From positions 64,001-128,000 of the IMG/VR virus record IMGVR_UViG_3300031718_000001: a stretch of DNA of 64,000 nucleotides; one strand, 5' to 3'. Origin of the DNA: a virus. A model generated the notes under the pieces. It saw only the letters and a list, made by a program, of their open reading frames with translations, made no database searches and had not been told where the DNA came from. Positions 39,617-48,159 of the stretch are shown here, piece after piece; the stretch's first letter is position 1, and each line of letters begins with the position of its first letter. Position numbers and translations under genes: made by a program.

Positions 39617-41638
39617 GTGGCCACCCAGAACGCCGCGGCTGCCTTCAGCGCGAACGCCAGGCTCACCGCGTCGGGCGGCTTCATCCAGAAGGGTGCAGCC
39701 GTCCTGTCCGCCGCGGCCGTGCTCGGCGTGTCCGGAACCGGCACCGCGCTGGCAGCAGCTCCCCGGCTGACCGTCTCCGGCCGGGTCATCAAGAACGCAC
39801 AGGCCACGTTCTCGGCTGCGGCCGTGCTCGGGGCCAGGGCCTACGTGCCGACGCTCTCCGCGAGGGCCGTGCTGACGGCCGCCCCGCTGGTCACCCACCT
39901 GGCGGCAGCTCACCTGGCAGCGGCGTCCGCCCTGACGGCCGCCTGGTCGTCGTCGTCGGCCCACCTGCATGCCGCGCCTGTGCTGCTCGTCCCCGGCCGC
40001 GCCGGCGCCGTCGTCATGACGGCAGGCACCCAGCTCACCGCGACGGCCCAGCGGTTCATGCCGGGGGCCGCCAGCCTGTCCGCGAACGCCGTGCTGGGGG
40101 CCTCGGGCAGGGTCACCGAGCAGGCCAGGGCCGCGCTGTCGGCCGCCACGGCCCTGGCCGCACAGCCGCTGGTCACTCAGCACCCGGCTGCCCGCCTGTC
40201 CGCTTCCGCGTCGCTGACGGCGTACTTCTCGTCCGCTTCCGCGGCGCTGCACGCGGTCCCGGTACTCAGTGCCCCCGCGTCGGCCATCAGGGCCGCCCAG
40301 GCGCACTTCTCCGCCTCGGCCCACCTCTCTGCCCCCGCCGTGGTCACCGAGCGCGCTACGGCCGTCCTGGGCGCGCACAGCACCCTCTCGGCGTCAGCCC
40401 GCCTGACCCAGCACGCCCAGGCCGCCCTGCACGCCCAGCCAGCCCTCACTGCCAACGCGCACCATACCGTCGCAGCCGCTGCTGCACTCAGCGCCGCTGC
40501 TGTGCTGCGCGGTACTGCCACGCGCTCCGCAGCAGCTCATGCCGCCCTGTCCGCCTCCGCTGCCTGCGTTGCAGCGGCTGCAACACTGCCCGGGGTCCAC
40601 CTGCACGCGGCCCCTGTCCTGCTGGCAGCGGGAAAGATCAGCCGGGCCGGCCATGCCGCGCTGGCCGCCCAGCCCGCCCTGACGGCGACCGCCCACGGCA
40701 CCACGCACCCGCACGCCACCCTGGCCGCCGGCCCGGTGCTCTCGGCCGTCCCGCTGGACATCATCGTCAGCCAGGCCTCGATGTCAGCCGCAGCCAGCCT
40801 CGCCGCGGTTGCGGAGACCAGGTTCAGACCTCCGGTCCCGCAACTGCCGGACGGCCCCCAGCCCACCTGGCAGCGCGATGTCCAGCATTACGCGGTCGTC
40901 CAGGAACGCCAGCGCCACGCCCAGGCGCTGTGGCAGTACGGTGAGCTGGTCATCTTCGCCCTGCTGTGGCGGCCGGAGGACATCGGCGCCGGGTTCGCGC
41001 AGCGCTGCACCCGCTGCTACACCCCGTCGGCGGTGATCCCGCAGAACCCGCCGCTGCGGGACTCCAGCCCGGCCGCCGAAGCCCAGATCAGCGCCGCCTA
41101 CGGCCAGGGCAACCAGTACAGGTGCACCCTGTGCTACGGCACCCAGATCATCTGCGCACGCCCGGCAGCGGTGCCCGGTGTCCGCGCCCTGCTGGTCCGC
41201 CCGGCGATCCTCACCGACACCGACCAGAACCAGCAGCGCAGCGCCAAGGGCGTGGTCAACCCCGGCTCGGTCGGCATCCAGGCCACGCCGGACTTCCGGG
41301 CGCACACCATGGATTACATGTTCCGCGGCGACGGCCGCCGGTATCAGCTCGCCGTACCCGGCCGCGTGACCCTGCGCACCGGCTTCGCCAGCCCGTGGCA
41401 GCAGGCCGAAGGTGTCGCCTACAACCTGCTGAACGCCAGCCTGGAAGATCCCCGGGCATCGGTGGCCTACGTCATCCCGCCCGCGCGCCAGGAGCTGGAG
41501 CAGGCACTCGGAACCTACACCAGGATCCCTGCTGACTACGCCTGGATCGAGCAGGTCAACGGGCCGCTGATCCCCGAGGAGGCGCCGCCTCCGGCCGCCT
41601 CGGGCAGCTACCAGGCCCCGGTCACCCTGGGCTCGTAG
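39617..41638 (+). CDS. Ala-rich repeat domain fused to a putative head-closure (neck) domain
   Basis: ~400 aa of A-x-LSA-x-A-x-L repeats, then RCTRCY..RCTLCYGT domain. Confidence 0.55.
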   Translation: MATQNAAAAFSANARLTASGGFIQKGAAVLSAAAVLGVSGTGTALAAAPRLTVSGRVIKNAQATFSAAAVLGARAYVPTLSARAVLTAAPLVTHLAAAHLAAASALTAAWSSSSAHLHAAPVLLVPGRAGAVVMTAGTQLTATAQRFMPGAASLSANAVLGASGRVTEQARAALSAATALAAQPLVTQHPAARLSASASLTAYFSSASAALHAVPVLSAPASAIRAAQAHFSASAHLSAPAVVTERATAVLGAHSTLSASARLTQHAQAALHAQPALTANAHHTVAAAAALSAAAVLRGTATRSAAAHAALSASAACVAAAATLPGVHLHAAPVLLAAGKISRAGHAALAAQPALTATAHGTTHPHATLAAGPVLSAVPLDIIVSQASMSAAASLAAVAETRFRPPVPQLPDGPQPTWQRDVQHYAVVQERQRHAQALWQYGELVIFALLWRPEDIGAGFAQRCTRCYTPSAVIPQNPPLRDSSPAAEAQISAAYGQGNQYRCTLCYGTQIICARPAAVPGVRALLVRPAILTDTDQNQQRSAKGVVNPGSVGIQATPDFRAHTMDYMFRGDGRRYQLAVPGRVTLRTGFASPWQQAEGVAYNLLNASLEDPRASVAYVIPPARQELEQALGTYTRIPADYAWIEQVNGPLIPEEAPPPAASGSYQAPVTLGS

Positions 41639-42339
41639 TGCCTGGCCTGCTCCAGACCCAGGAGATGGTGATCGCCGCCCATCCCGACCGGCTGATCATG
41701 ATGGTCGGCGGCCTGCGCGGCCCGCGCGCCCGCAACATGGCCAACACCGCGCTGCGGGAGGCCCGCCGGGTCATGCCCAGCCTCACCGGCCGGTCGGCGT
41801 CCCGCCTGTTCCCGATATACGGCTCGGGCTACTTCGGCATCGGCTGGCTCGACAACTACGTGTGGTTCCAGGAGCAGGGAATCCGCCCGTTCACCATGTT
41901 CAGCCTGGCCGGCAAGACCATCCCGATGTGGGTGGACGACCCGACCGGAACCGAGCGGCAGAAGAACCCCAAGGCCCAGGTGCGCACCACCATGTCGGGC
42001 AAGACCCAGGTGCTCATCTTCCGCCGTGCGGCCATGCCCGGTGAGCGCCGGAGCCGGCGCCGCAAGATCGCCGACGGAACCTGGCAGGAGTACTCGGTAC
42101 CCGCCAGCTACCCGGGTGCCCCCGGCCGGATCAGCAAGCGCGAGGCCGCCCAGCCGTACACCACTCCCGGCCGGACCCCGGGTGCCATCGCCCGCGGCAA
42201 CATCGGCGTCCGCTGGCGCCACCCTGGCCTTGCCCCCCGGCTGTTCCTGAACCATGCGATGACCCTGGCGGCCGAGCAGGGAGGTGTCATCCCGACCAGG
42301 ATCTACGCGGCTGACCGCGGCTGGCGGGCCAGGTTCTGA
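41638..42339 (+). CDS. Basic neck/tail-completion protein (putative)
   Basis: Arg-rich; WFQEQGIRPFTM and WRHPGLAPRLFL motifs; synteny. Confidence 0.5.
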   Translation: MPGLLQTQEMVIAAHPDRLIMMVGGLRGPRARNMANTALREARRVMPSLTGRSASRLFPIYGSGYFGIGWLDNYVWFQEQGIRPFTMFSLAGKTIPMWVDDPTGTERQKNPKAQVRTTMSGKTQVLIFRRAAMPGERRSRRRKIADGTWQEYSVPASYPGAPGRISKREAAQPYTTPGRTPGAIARGNIGVRWRHPGLAPRLFLNHAMTLAAEQGGVIPTRIYAADRGWRARF

Positions 42340-42347
42340 AGACAGAA

Positions 42348-42378
42348 ATGCCCTCCCCCTGCTCGGAGGGGAGGGCAT
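42348..42378. terminator. Hairpin, possible terminator
   Basis: ATGCCCTCCCC / GGGGAGGGCAT between convergent genes. Confidence 0.5.
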
Positions 42379-42503
42379 CGGGCCGAGGGGCTTAACCCCC
42401 GGCGGGGTACCCCAGAGAATAGCCGTGCCCCGGGCGGCTTTGCAGTGCAGAGGCGGACCCGGGGCGTACATCGGCAGTGTACGCCCGGAAGGTATGTGAG
42501 CGG

Positions 42504-43010
42504 CTACCTCCGGACAAAGTTGAGCTTGGCTGCGCTTCCTCGTGCCTCTACAGCCGCATCATCACGCGCTCGCGCAGCAGCTTCTTCGGTGTCAAAGCTG
42601 CCGAGGTACTTGGTCTTCGGGCCAACGTGTATCGAGGCGCACCAGCTACTTGATCGAGCATGCCAGTATACGCCGATGTACTTGGAAGTAGATTTCGACT
42701 GTTTTCGACGATTGAAGTCGTTCCTTGGTCCAGACCCATCGCGCAGATTGAAACGTTGGTTGTCGAGGCCGTCGTGATTTTGATGATCAACCCTGGCAAG
42801 GTCAGGCCGGATGACCCGATGCATCAGGACAGTCGTCTTCTTTCCGTCCAGCCTGACGGTGGCGATTGCGTAGGGACCGTTGGTACGCAGTCCCGGCCGG
42901 GGGTTCTCCCAGATGTACCAGCGGTACTGCATGACCAGTTGGTAGTCCTCGTCGCTGATAAGCGCTACGCGCCCGGCTGCCTTCTTTCCATGCAAGGCGA
43001 TCGTCTTAAT
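42504..43010 (-). CDS. HNH-AP2 homing endonuclease
   Basis: ALISDED..MHRVI..VDHQNHDGLDNQRFNLR; SKYIGVYW..YLGSFDTEEAAARARD (AP2). GAGGAG RBS fits an ATT start at 43010; TTG 42995 is the alternative. Confidence 0.88.
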   Translation of the reverse strand: MKTIALHGKKAAGRVALISDEDYQLVMQYRWYIWENPRPGLRTNGPYAIATVRLDGKKTTVLMHRVIRPDLARVDHQNHDGLDNQRFNLRDGSGPRNDFNRRKQSKSTSKYIGVYWHARSSSWCASIHVGPKTKYLGSFDTEEAAARARDDAAVEARGSAAKLNFVRR

Positions 43011-43051
43011 GATGGCTCCTCGACTGTCTTTAAAACCATTAACCGAAGGAT

Positions 43052-43684
43052 ATGCTGTTGAGCGGGTACTTGAGGACGATCAAGACGACTGCGGTGCAGG
43101 CCATCCAGCAGTCCTTCCAGGTCAAGTACCCGGAGCCGGACGCGGAGGGGGGCACCAGGAACCCCTTCGTCTCGATCGAGTACCCGGTCGAGGAGGCCCA
43201 GTACCCGGCCATCTGGGTGGACTACGAGGGCGCTGAGCTGCGCACTGTCGGCATCGCCTACACCGAGATGGACGCCCAGGGCAACGTCTACGCCCGCTGG
43301 CGGTTCGCCGGCCACATCGTGTTCACCGTGGTGGCGCTGTCCAGCAACGAGCGCGACATGATCTATGACCAGATGGTCGCGCTGACCGCATTCGCTGCCC
43401 AGTCCGACTTCCCCAGCACGTTCCGCCAGGTGGTCGAGGAGGCGCCGCTGGTCGCCGCGGTATGGTCCTTCGACACGGTGGAGGACCGCCAGCCCGCCGC
43501 CGCCCCGGGCACGCCGTGGGGCACCATGGACCTGATCTACGAGCGGGGGTTCGCGCTCCAGGTGATCGGCGAGTTCGTGTCCGACCCGAACTCCTACGAC
43601 CTGGTGAACCTGGCCGAGATCCAGGTGGTCGCGACTGAGCAGGGCTACCCCGACAACCAGTCCGTCATCAACATCACCTCCTAG
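43052..43684 (+). CDS. Tail terminator/completion protein (putative)
   Basis: Directly upstream of sheath; EYP...YPAIWVD motif. Confidence 0.55.
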   Translation: MLLSGYLRTIKTTAVQAIQQSFQVKYPEPDAEGGTRNPFVSIEYPVEEAQYPAIWVDYEGAELRTVGIAYTEMDAQGNVYARWRFAGHIVFTVVALSSNERDMIYDQMVALTAFAAQSDFPSTFRQVVEEAPLVAAVWSFDTVEDRQPAAAPGTPWGTMDLIYERGFALQVIGEFVSDPNSYDLVNLAEIQVVATEQGYPDNQSVINITS

Positions 43685-43724
43685 CCGTCCCGGCCCCGGA
43701 AGGGACGAGCATGAGGAGGGCTGC

Positions 43725-45698
43725 GTGACCATTCCGAGCTTCACGACCTACCAGCCGCCTGGCACATACGTGCAGGATGTCAGCACGGCGATCGTGGTGC
43801 CGACGCTTGTCCCGTCGCAGGTGCTGACCCTGGTAGGCCCGGCGCTGGGCTACCGCACCGCCGTCCAGTCGCTGCTGATCTCCGCCGGCACCCCGGTCGT
43901 GCTGACCTACATGGGCGTGTACACCACGGCCCAGCCGGGGCCGCCGCCGGTCTCGGCGCCGGTCGTGACGACGCTCACCGGCACCGTGCTGACCCCGGGT
44001 GTCGATTATGACCTGAGCACCGTGGCCGATCCGTCCGGCAACCCGGGGCTCGCCGTGACCTCGATCACCCGGGTGAACACGAGCACGAACGTGTCCGACG
44101 GCCAGCAGGTCTCGGTCACCTACAACTACGCGGACGCCACGTACTTCCAGCCGCAGGTGTTCACCGATCCGCAGAGCGTTATCAACGCCTACGGCCAGCC
44201 GTTCCTGACCACCGTCCCGCCGGGCGCGAACGCCTCGCAGGTCGCCAACCCGCTGTCGGCGGCGGCTCAGGTGGCTTTCGCCAACGGGGCCACCACGCTG
44301 CTGTGCGTCGCGCTCAACCCGGCCAGCGGCAACCTGGAGGAGCAGTTCGAGGCCGCCTATTCCGCGGTCGCTACCCAGTCGGCGGCCACCATCGTCGTGC
44401 CGGTGTTCACCGATGACCTCAGCGTCAACTCGGGCACGGTCTCCGAGCTGTGCCAGACCCTGGCCCAGACTATGGACTCGGCGATGTGGAGCGCCTACAA
44501 CGACGGCTTCCCGCGCCAGGGGTTCTTCGGCTTCCCGCGGAACTACAGCGAGGCCGACGAGCCCATCCCGACCTTCGCCGGGAACCTGGCCAGCCGCCGG
44601 ACCATCCTGGCCTACCCCGAGATCGTCATGCTGTACAACAACTCGACGGGCCAGGCCTTCCAGGCGTCGGGCTGCTATCTCGCGGTCGCGCTCGGGGCGA
44701 TCCTGTCCAGCCTGCCGATCGACACCGGCCTGACCAACCAGACGATCAAGGGATTCTCGGGCCTGACCCAGACCGAGCGCGCCAGCATGACCAACGCGTT
44801 CATGAACACGCTGGCCGCCTCGGGCGTGTCGGTGTGCTTCATCAATTACGCGGGCGCGCTCGTCTGCCGCCAGGGACTGACCACCGACATGTCGGCCCTG
44901 AACTACCAGGAGATCTCGATGGTCCGCCAGTCGGACTCGCTCCTGGTGGCGGTCCAGCAGGGCCTCCAGGGCAGCGGCCTGATCGGGCAGCCGATCACGA
45001 ACAACACGATCACGGCCGTCCAGGAGGCGCTGCTCGGGGTGCTGGAGGCCGCAGTCACCAACAGCGTGATCCAGTCCTACACCAACGTGTCGGTCACCCA
45101 GCAGACGTACCCCGGCGGCAGCCCGACAGTGATCACGGTCACCTTCAACTACCTGCCGGCCCTGCCGCTCAACTACATCACCGTCCAGATGTCGATTGAC
45201 CTCTCGACCGGCCTGGTTGCCACCCAGAGCAACCAGAACGCCTCATCGACCGGCTCCAGCTCGTTAACCCAGGAGGTGAGGAGTAGTGGCGACCACCCAG
45301 GCACGGGTCGTAGGTTCCGGCTACACCGTCCTGTCCTACAATTCCCAGCCCATCGCGTACTGCGAGGGCTGGGAAGACTCAGGGCAGAGGGCTTTCTCGG
45401 ACGTAGGCCAGCCCTATCAGTTCATTCAGCCCATCGGGGCCGAGCACCCGGTCGAGATCGCCACCTCACGCGTGATCTCCGGCGGCACGATCATGATCAC
45501 GATCCGCGAGCTGTGGTCCCAGCCGGTCTGGTGGCAGCTCGCGGGCCTGGCCGGCACGTGGAACATGGTCGATATCTTCAACGCCCTGGCCGCCAACCCG
45601 AATTACGTCACTGCCAGCATGGTGATCAAGCCGCCGGGCACCGAGAACTCGCCCGGGAGCTGGCGCGGCAAGGTCTACCAGAACGTCACGGTAGTTGA
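43725..45698 (+). CDS. Tail sheath protein; sheath-like sequence ends near 45263 but the ORF reads on
   Basis: YQPPGTYVQD N-terminus; CRQGLTT..QEISMVR and YLPALPLNYITV C-terminal sheath motifs. Confidence 0.85.
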   Translation: MTIPSFTTYQPPGTYVQDVSTAIVVPTLVPSQVLTLVGPALGYRTAVQSLLISAGTPVVLTYMGVYTTAQPGPPPVSAPVVTTLTGTVLTPGVDYDLSTVADPSGNPGLAVTSITRVNTSTNVSDGQQVSVTYNYADATYFQPQVFTDPQSVINAYGQPFLTTVPPGANASQVANPLSAAAQVAFANGATTLLCVALNPASGNLEEQFEAAYSAVATQSAATIVVPVFTDDLSVNSGTVSELCQTLAQTMDSAMWSAYNDGFPRQGFFGFPRNYSEADEPIPTFAGNLASRRTILAYPEIVMLYNNSTGQAFQASGCYLAVALGAILSSLPIDTGLTNQTIKGFSGLTQTERASMTNAFMNTLAASGVSVCFINYAGALVCRQGLTTDMSALNYQEISMVRQSDSLLVAVQQGLQGSGLIGQPITNNTITAVQEALLGVLEAAVTNSVIQSYTNVSVTQQTYPGGSPTVITVTFNYLPALPLNYITVQMSIDLSTGLVATQSNQNASSTGSSSLTQEVRSSGDHPGTGRRFRLHRPVLQFPAHRVLRGLGRLRAEGFLGRRPALSVHSAHRGRAPGRDRHLTRDLRRHDHDHDPRAVVPAGLVAARGPGRHVEHGRYLQRPGRQPELRHCQHGDQAAGHRELARELARQGLPERHGS

Positions 45699-45816
45699 CA
45701 TCAACGACGGGGAAACCGTGACTGTCGGGGCGCTCGCAGTCACCAAGGGCATCACTGTCGCCTACACGCACTACCTGCCCCTCAACTCCAACCAGTACGC
45801 CAACGCGAGCGGCTGA
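45286..45816 (+). CDS. Tail tube protein
   Basis: Follows sheath; QPIGAEHPVEI..GGTIMITIRELW; strong RBS. Confidence 0.75.
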   Translation: MATTQARVVGSGYTVLSYNSQPIAYCEGWEDSGQRAFSDVGQPYQFIQPIGAEHPVEIATSRVISGGTIMITIRELWSQPVWWQLAGLAGTWNMVDIFNALAANPNYVTASMVIKPPGTENSPGSWRGKVYQNVTVVDINDGETVTVGALAVTKGITVAYTHYLPLNSNQYANASG

Positions 45817-45917
45817 CCCGGATCGGCGCCCTTTACCGCAAGCGCCAGGAAAAGTAAGTTCCGTCACCTTGCGTGTTATTGTTCCTTTTGGTCCGGCTAA
45901 GGGGCGTGAGGTGAGCG

Positions 45918-46265
45918 ATGGCAGTAGTGACGAGGCCGTACAAGGTAGATGACCTGGAAGTGCAGTCGGATCCGGCTGGTGAGGTCATCGCAGAGGCGAC
46001 CATCCGGTTCGCCGTGAATGGCGCGGAATACGAGATCGACCTGAGCGACCAGAATGCCCGGACGTTCCTGGGGATTCTCAGGCCATATCAGGAGGCGGGG
46101 CGGCGCATTAAAGGCGCTGGCAAGGCACGGCCGGCGGCAGACAGGGAACAGACCGCCCGCATCCGCGAGTGGGCGAAGAGCCAGCCGGATATCACGCTGA
46201 GTGACTTCGGCCGGCTGCCCGGCTGGGTCATCGTCAGGTACAACGAGGCCAATCCCGCAGCGTGA
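45918..46265 (+). CDS. lsr2: Lsr2 nucleoid-associated protein
   Basis: DDL..TIRFAVNGAEYEIDLSDQNA..IREWAK..GRLP..Y. Confidence 0.88.
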   Translation: MAVVTRPYKVDDLEVQSDPAGEVIAEATIRFAVNGAEYEIDLSDQNARTFLGILRPYQEAGRRIKGAGKARPAADREQTARIREWAKSQPDITLSDFGRLPGWVIVRYNEANPAA

Positions 46266-46298
46266 CCCGCGGGCTCCGCCCGGAAGATATGGAACCCC

Positions 46299-46634
46299 AT
46301 GTCGATCCGGGAGGAGCCCGTCTTGACCACCCCAGTGCCCGCAGCGGTCACCGTCACTACCGATAAGGCCAACTACAACCCTGGTGACCCGATCCAGGTC
46401 ACCGTCGAGTACACAGACCCGGCCAACCCCGGCACCGTGCTGACCGTCACTGCGTCGGTTACCACGCCCAGCGGCGCGGTCACCGGCACTACCCAGGTCA
46501 CGGTCGGCGCCACCCCGGCGACGCCGTTCCCGGTGACCGTGACCGACTCGCTCGGCGACACCTTCACCCAGCAGTCCAACGACCCGGGCACCGCTGTGTT
46601 CAGCGGAACGGTCGGCACGCCGCCCGCCTCGTGA
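46299..46634 (+). CDS. Ig-like small virion protein
   Basis: VTTDKANYNPGDPIQVTV; late motif upstream. Confidence 0.55.
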   Translation: MSIREEPVLTTPVPAAVTVTTDKANYNPGDPIQVTVEYTDPANPGTVLTVTASVTTPSGAVTGTTQVTVGATPATPFPVTVTDSLGDTFTQQSNDPGTAVFSGTVGTPPAS

Positions 46635-46825
46635 TCCTTCAGATCGACGTGACTGTTACCGGGCCGGACGGGGTGATGACCGGCTCTACGGCGGTAACAG
46701 TCAATGATCCGCCGGCGGCCGTCATCCCGGCCGCCCAGGCCCAGGCCGCTTCCCCGGGCGACCTGGCCACCATGCGCATGCGCCAGCGCGCTCAGGCGCT
46801 GCGAGGGGGGAGGGACAGGGCATGA
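46631..46825 (+). CDS. Small hypothetical protein
   Basis: GTGA/ATGA coupling on both sides. Confidence 0.45.
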   Translation: MILQIDVTVTGPDGVMTGSTAVTVNDPPAAVIPAAQAQAASPGDLATMRMRQRAQALRGGRDRA

Positions 46826-46965
46826 ACATCAACGTCAAGGCCGAGCAGCGGCCCGACGGTCATGTCCGGTGCAAGGTCGAGTGCGACGGCCAGGTGGCCA
46901 CGCTCATCTTCACCGGATCCGAGGTCATGGTCGAGGTGCCCGAGCCTGCCCAGGCGAGCACGTGA
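46822..46965 (+). CDS. Small hypothetical protein (47 aa, not in ORF track)
   Basis: MNINVKAEQRPDGHVRCKVECDG..; GGAGGG RBS; coupled on both sides. Confidence 0.45.
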   Translation: MNINVKAEQRPDGHVRCKVECDGQVATLIFTGSEVMVEVPEPAQAST

Positions 46966-47522
46966 CCGCTCCTGCTGATGTAGCCGTAGCCGGCGAGTTC
47001 CCTGACGAGGCCTCGCCGGCCGGCGGAAGCACCGCCGGGCCGCAGGGCGAGCACGTCACCGAGATCCATGTCGATAAGCCCGAGACCGGCCGGTGGCAGG
47101 AGGACTTCTCCGGCCTGCTGACTCTAGGCTCGCTGCACGCCTGGTTCGAGTGGTGCGGCCACCGGATATCGATCAAGACCCTGACCACCGACGAGGAGCT
47201 GCTCGTCGGCCAGCTCATCCGCGAATTCGAGGGCGGCATGGCCGGAGCCAAGGCCTACGCCACCGCCACCGCGGGCCTGGCCGTCGAGTCGGTCGATCAC
47301 CAGCCGATGCCGGCCCCGCTCGGGGAACATCCAAACCAGACCTACAAGTGGGCGCTGGAGCGCTTCAACTATGCGCGCAGGTGGTTCCCTCCGACCATCG
47401 ACGCGATCCTGGACGCCTACTTCCAGCTTGAGATCCGCCAGCGCGAGGTGATGGCGGAACTGGGAAAAGCATCGGGCCTGGGGGAAGATGCGACCCCTGG
47501 GTTGAGCGCCAGCTCCGCCTAG
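46962..47522 (+). CDS. Tail assembly chaperone, short form
   Basis: GTG 46962; IKTLTTDEEL motif; between tube and tape measure; G GGA AAA slippery site at 47462-47468. Confidence 0.7.
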   Translation: MTAPADVAVAGEFPDEASPAGGSTAGPQGEHVTEIHVDKPETGRWQEDFSGLLTLGSLHAWFEWCGHRISIKTLTTDEELLVGQLIREFEGGMAGAKAYATATAGLAVESVDHQPMPAPLGEHPNQTYKWALERFNYARRWFPPTIDAILDAYFQLEIRQREVMAELGKASGLGEDATPGLSASSA

Positions 47523-47899
47523 CGGAGCGCCGCGGGCTGCTGTCCGGCCGCAGCCTCAGCCGGGTCCAGGAAGCGGCCCTGGACATCCTGTACTTCCTCG
47601 ACGGCCTGGCCGTGAGCCGGGACCGGCGCGACATGGTGCTGGCCTCCGCAGTCGCCTCGGGCGTGATCACTGCGGTTCAGGCGTGGCCGGAGTACTTCGA
47701 TCTGCCCGAGGGAGATACAGGAGCCTTCCCGTCGAAGGACGCCGACATGTCCGGCTTCGAGCTGGAGCGGGCCACGCCGGAGTCCGTCCTGGCCGACATG
47801 GCTGCCCTGGTGCAGGCCAGCCAGCAGATCACCATCCGCGAGGAGGATCCGCCGCCCTTCCCGGTGTTCCCGGCCGAGCCCGACCCGGAGTGGCCGTAA
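47462..47899 (+). CDS. Tail assembly chaperone, -1 frameshift extension
   Basis: -1 frame is open from the slippery site through track ORF 47612-47899. Confidence 0.7.
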   Translation, partial: GKSIGPGGRCDPWVERQLRLAERRGLLSGRSLSRVQEAALDILYFLDGLAVSRDRRDMVLASAVASGVITAVQAWPEYFDLPEGDTGAFPSKDADMSGFELERATPESVLADMAALVQASQQITIREEDPPPFPVFPAEPDPEWP

Positions 47900-47962
47900 A
47901 AATTCCGTAAAGACGTGCTCACGTCCGTGGGGTAAACGGGACTTACTCACATAGGAGGAGAT

Positions 47963-48133
47963 GTGAGCACGAACTGCACGCACGATAAGTGCGAACCCTA
48001 TAACTCCTGCCAGGCCGCCACCGACTACGAGCGCCGCGGTGAGTTCTGGTGGCGCCGGGCACGGAACCGGCCGACGGATGACATGGGCACCGACCCGGTG
48101 GCCTGGCTGAACGGAGACACGCCCGGCAAGTAG
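47963..48133 (+). CDS. Small hypothetical protein (56 aa, not in ORF track)
   Basis: AGGAGGAG RBS; MSTNCTHDKCEPYNSC.. Confidence 0.45.
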   Translation: MSTNCTHDKCEPYNSCQAATDYERRGEFWWRRARNRPTDDMGTDPVAWLNGDTPGK

Positions 48134-48159
48134 CCCCGGAAGGTCTGGGAGGAAATCTC

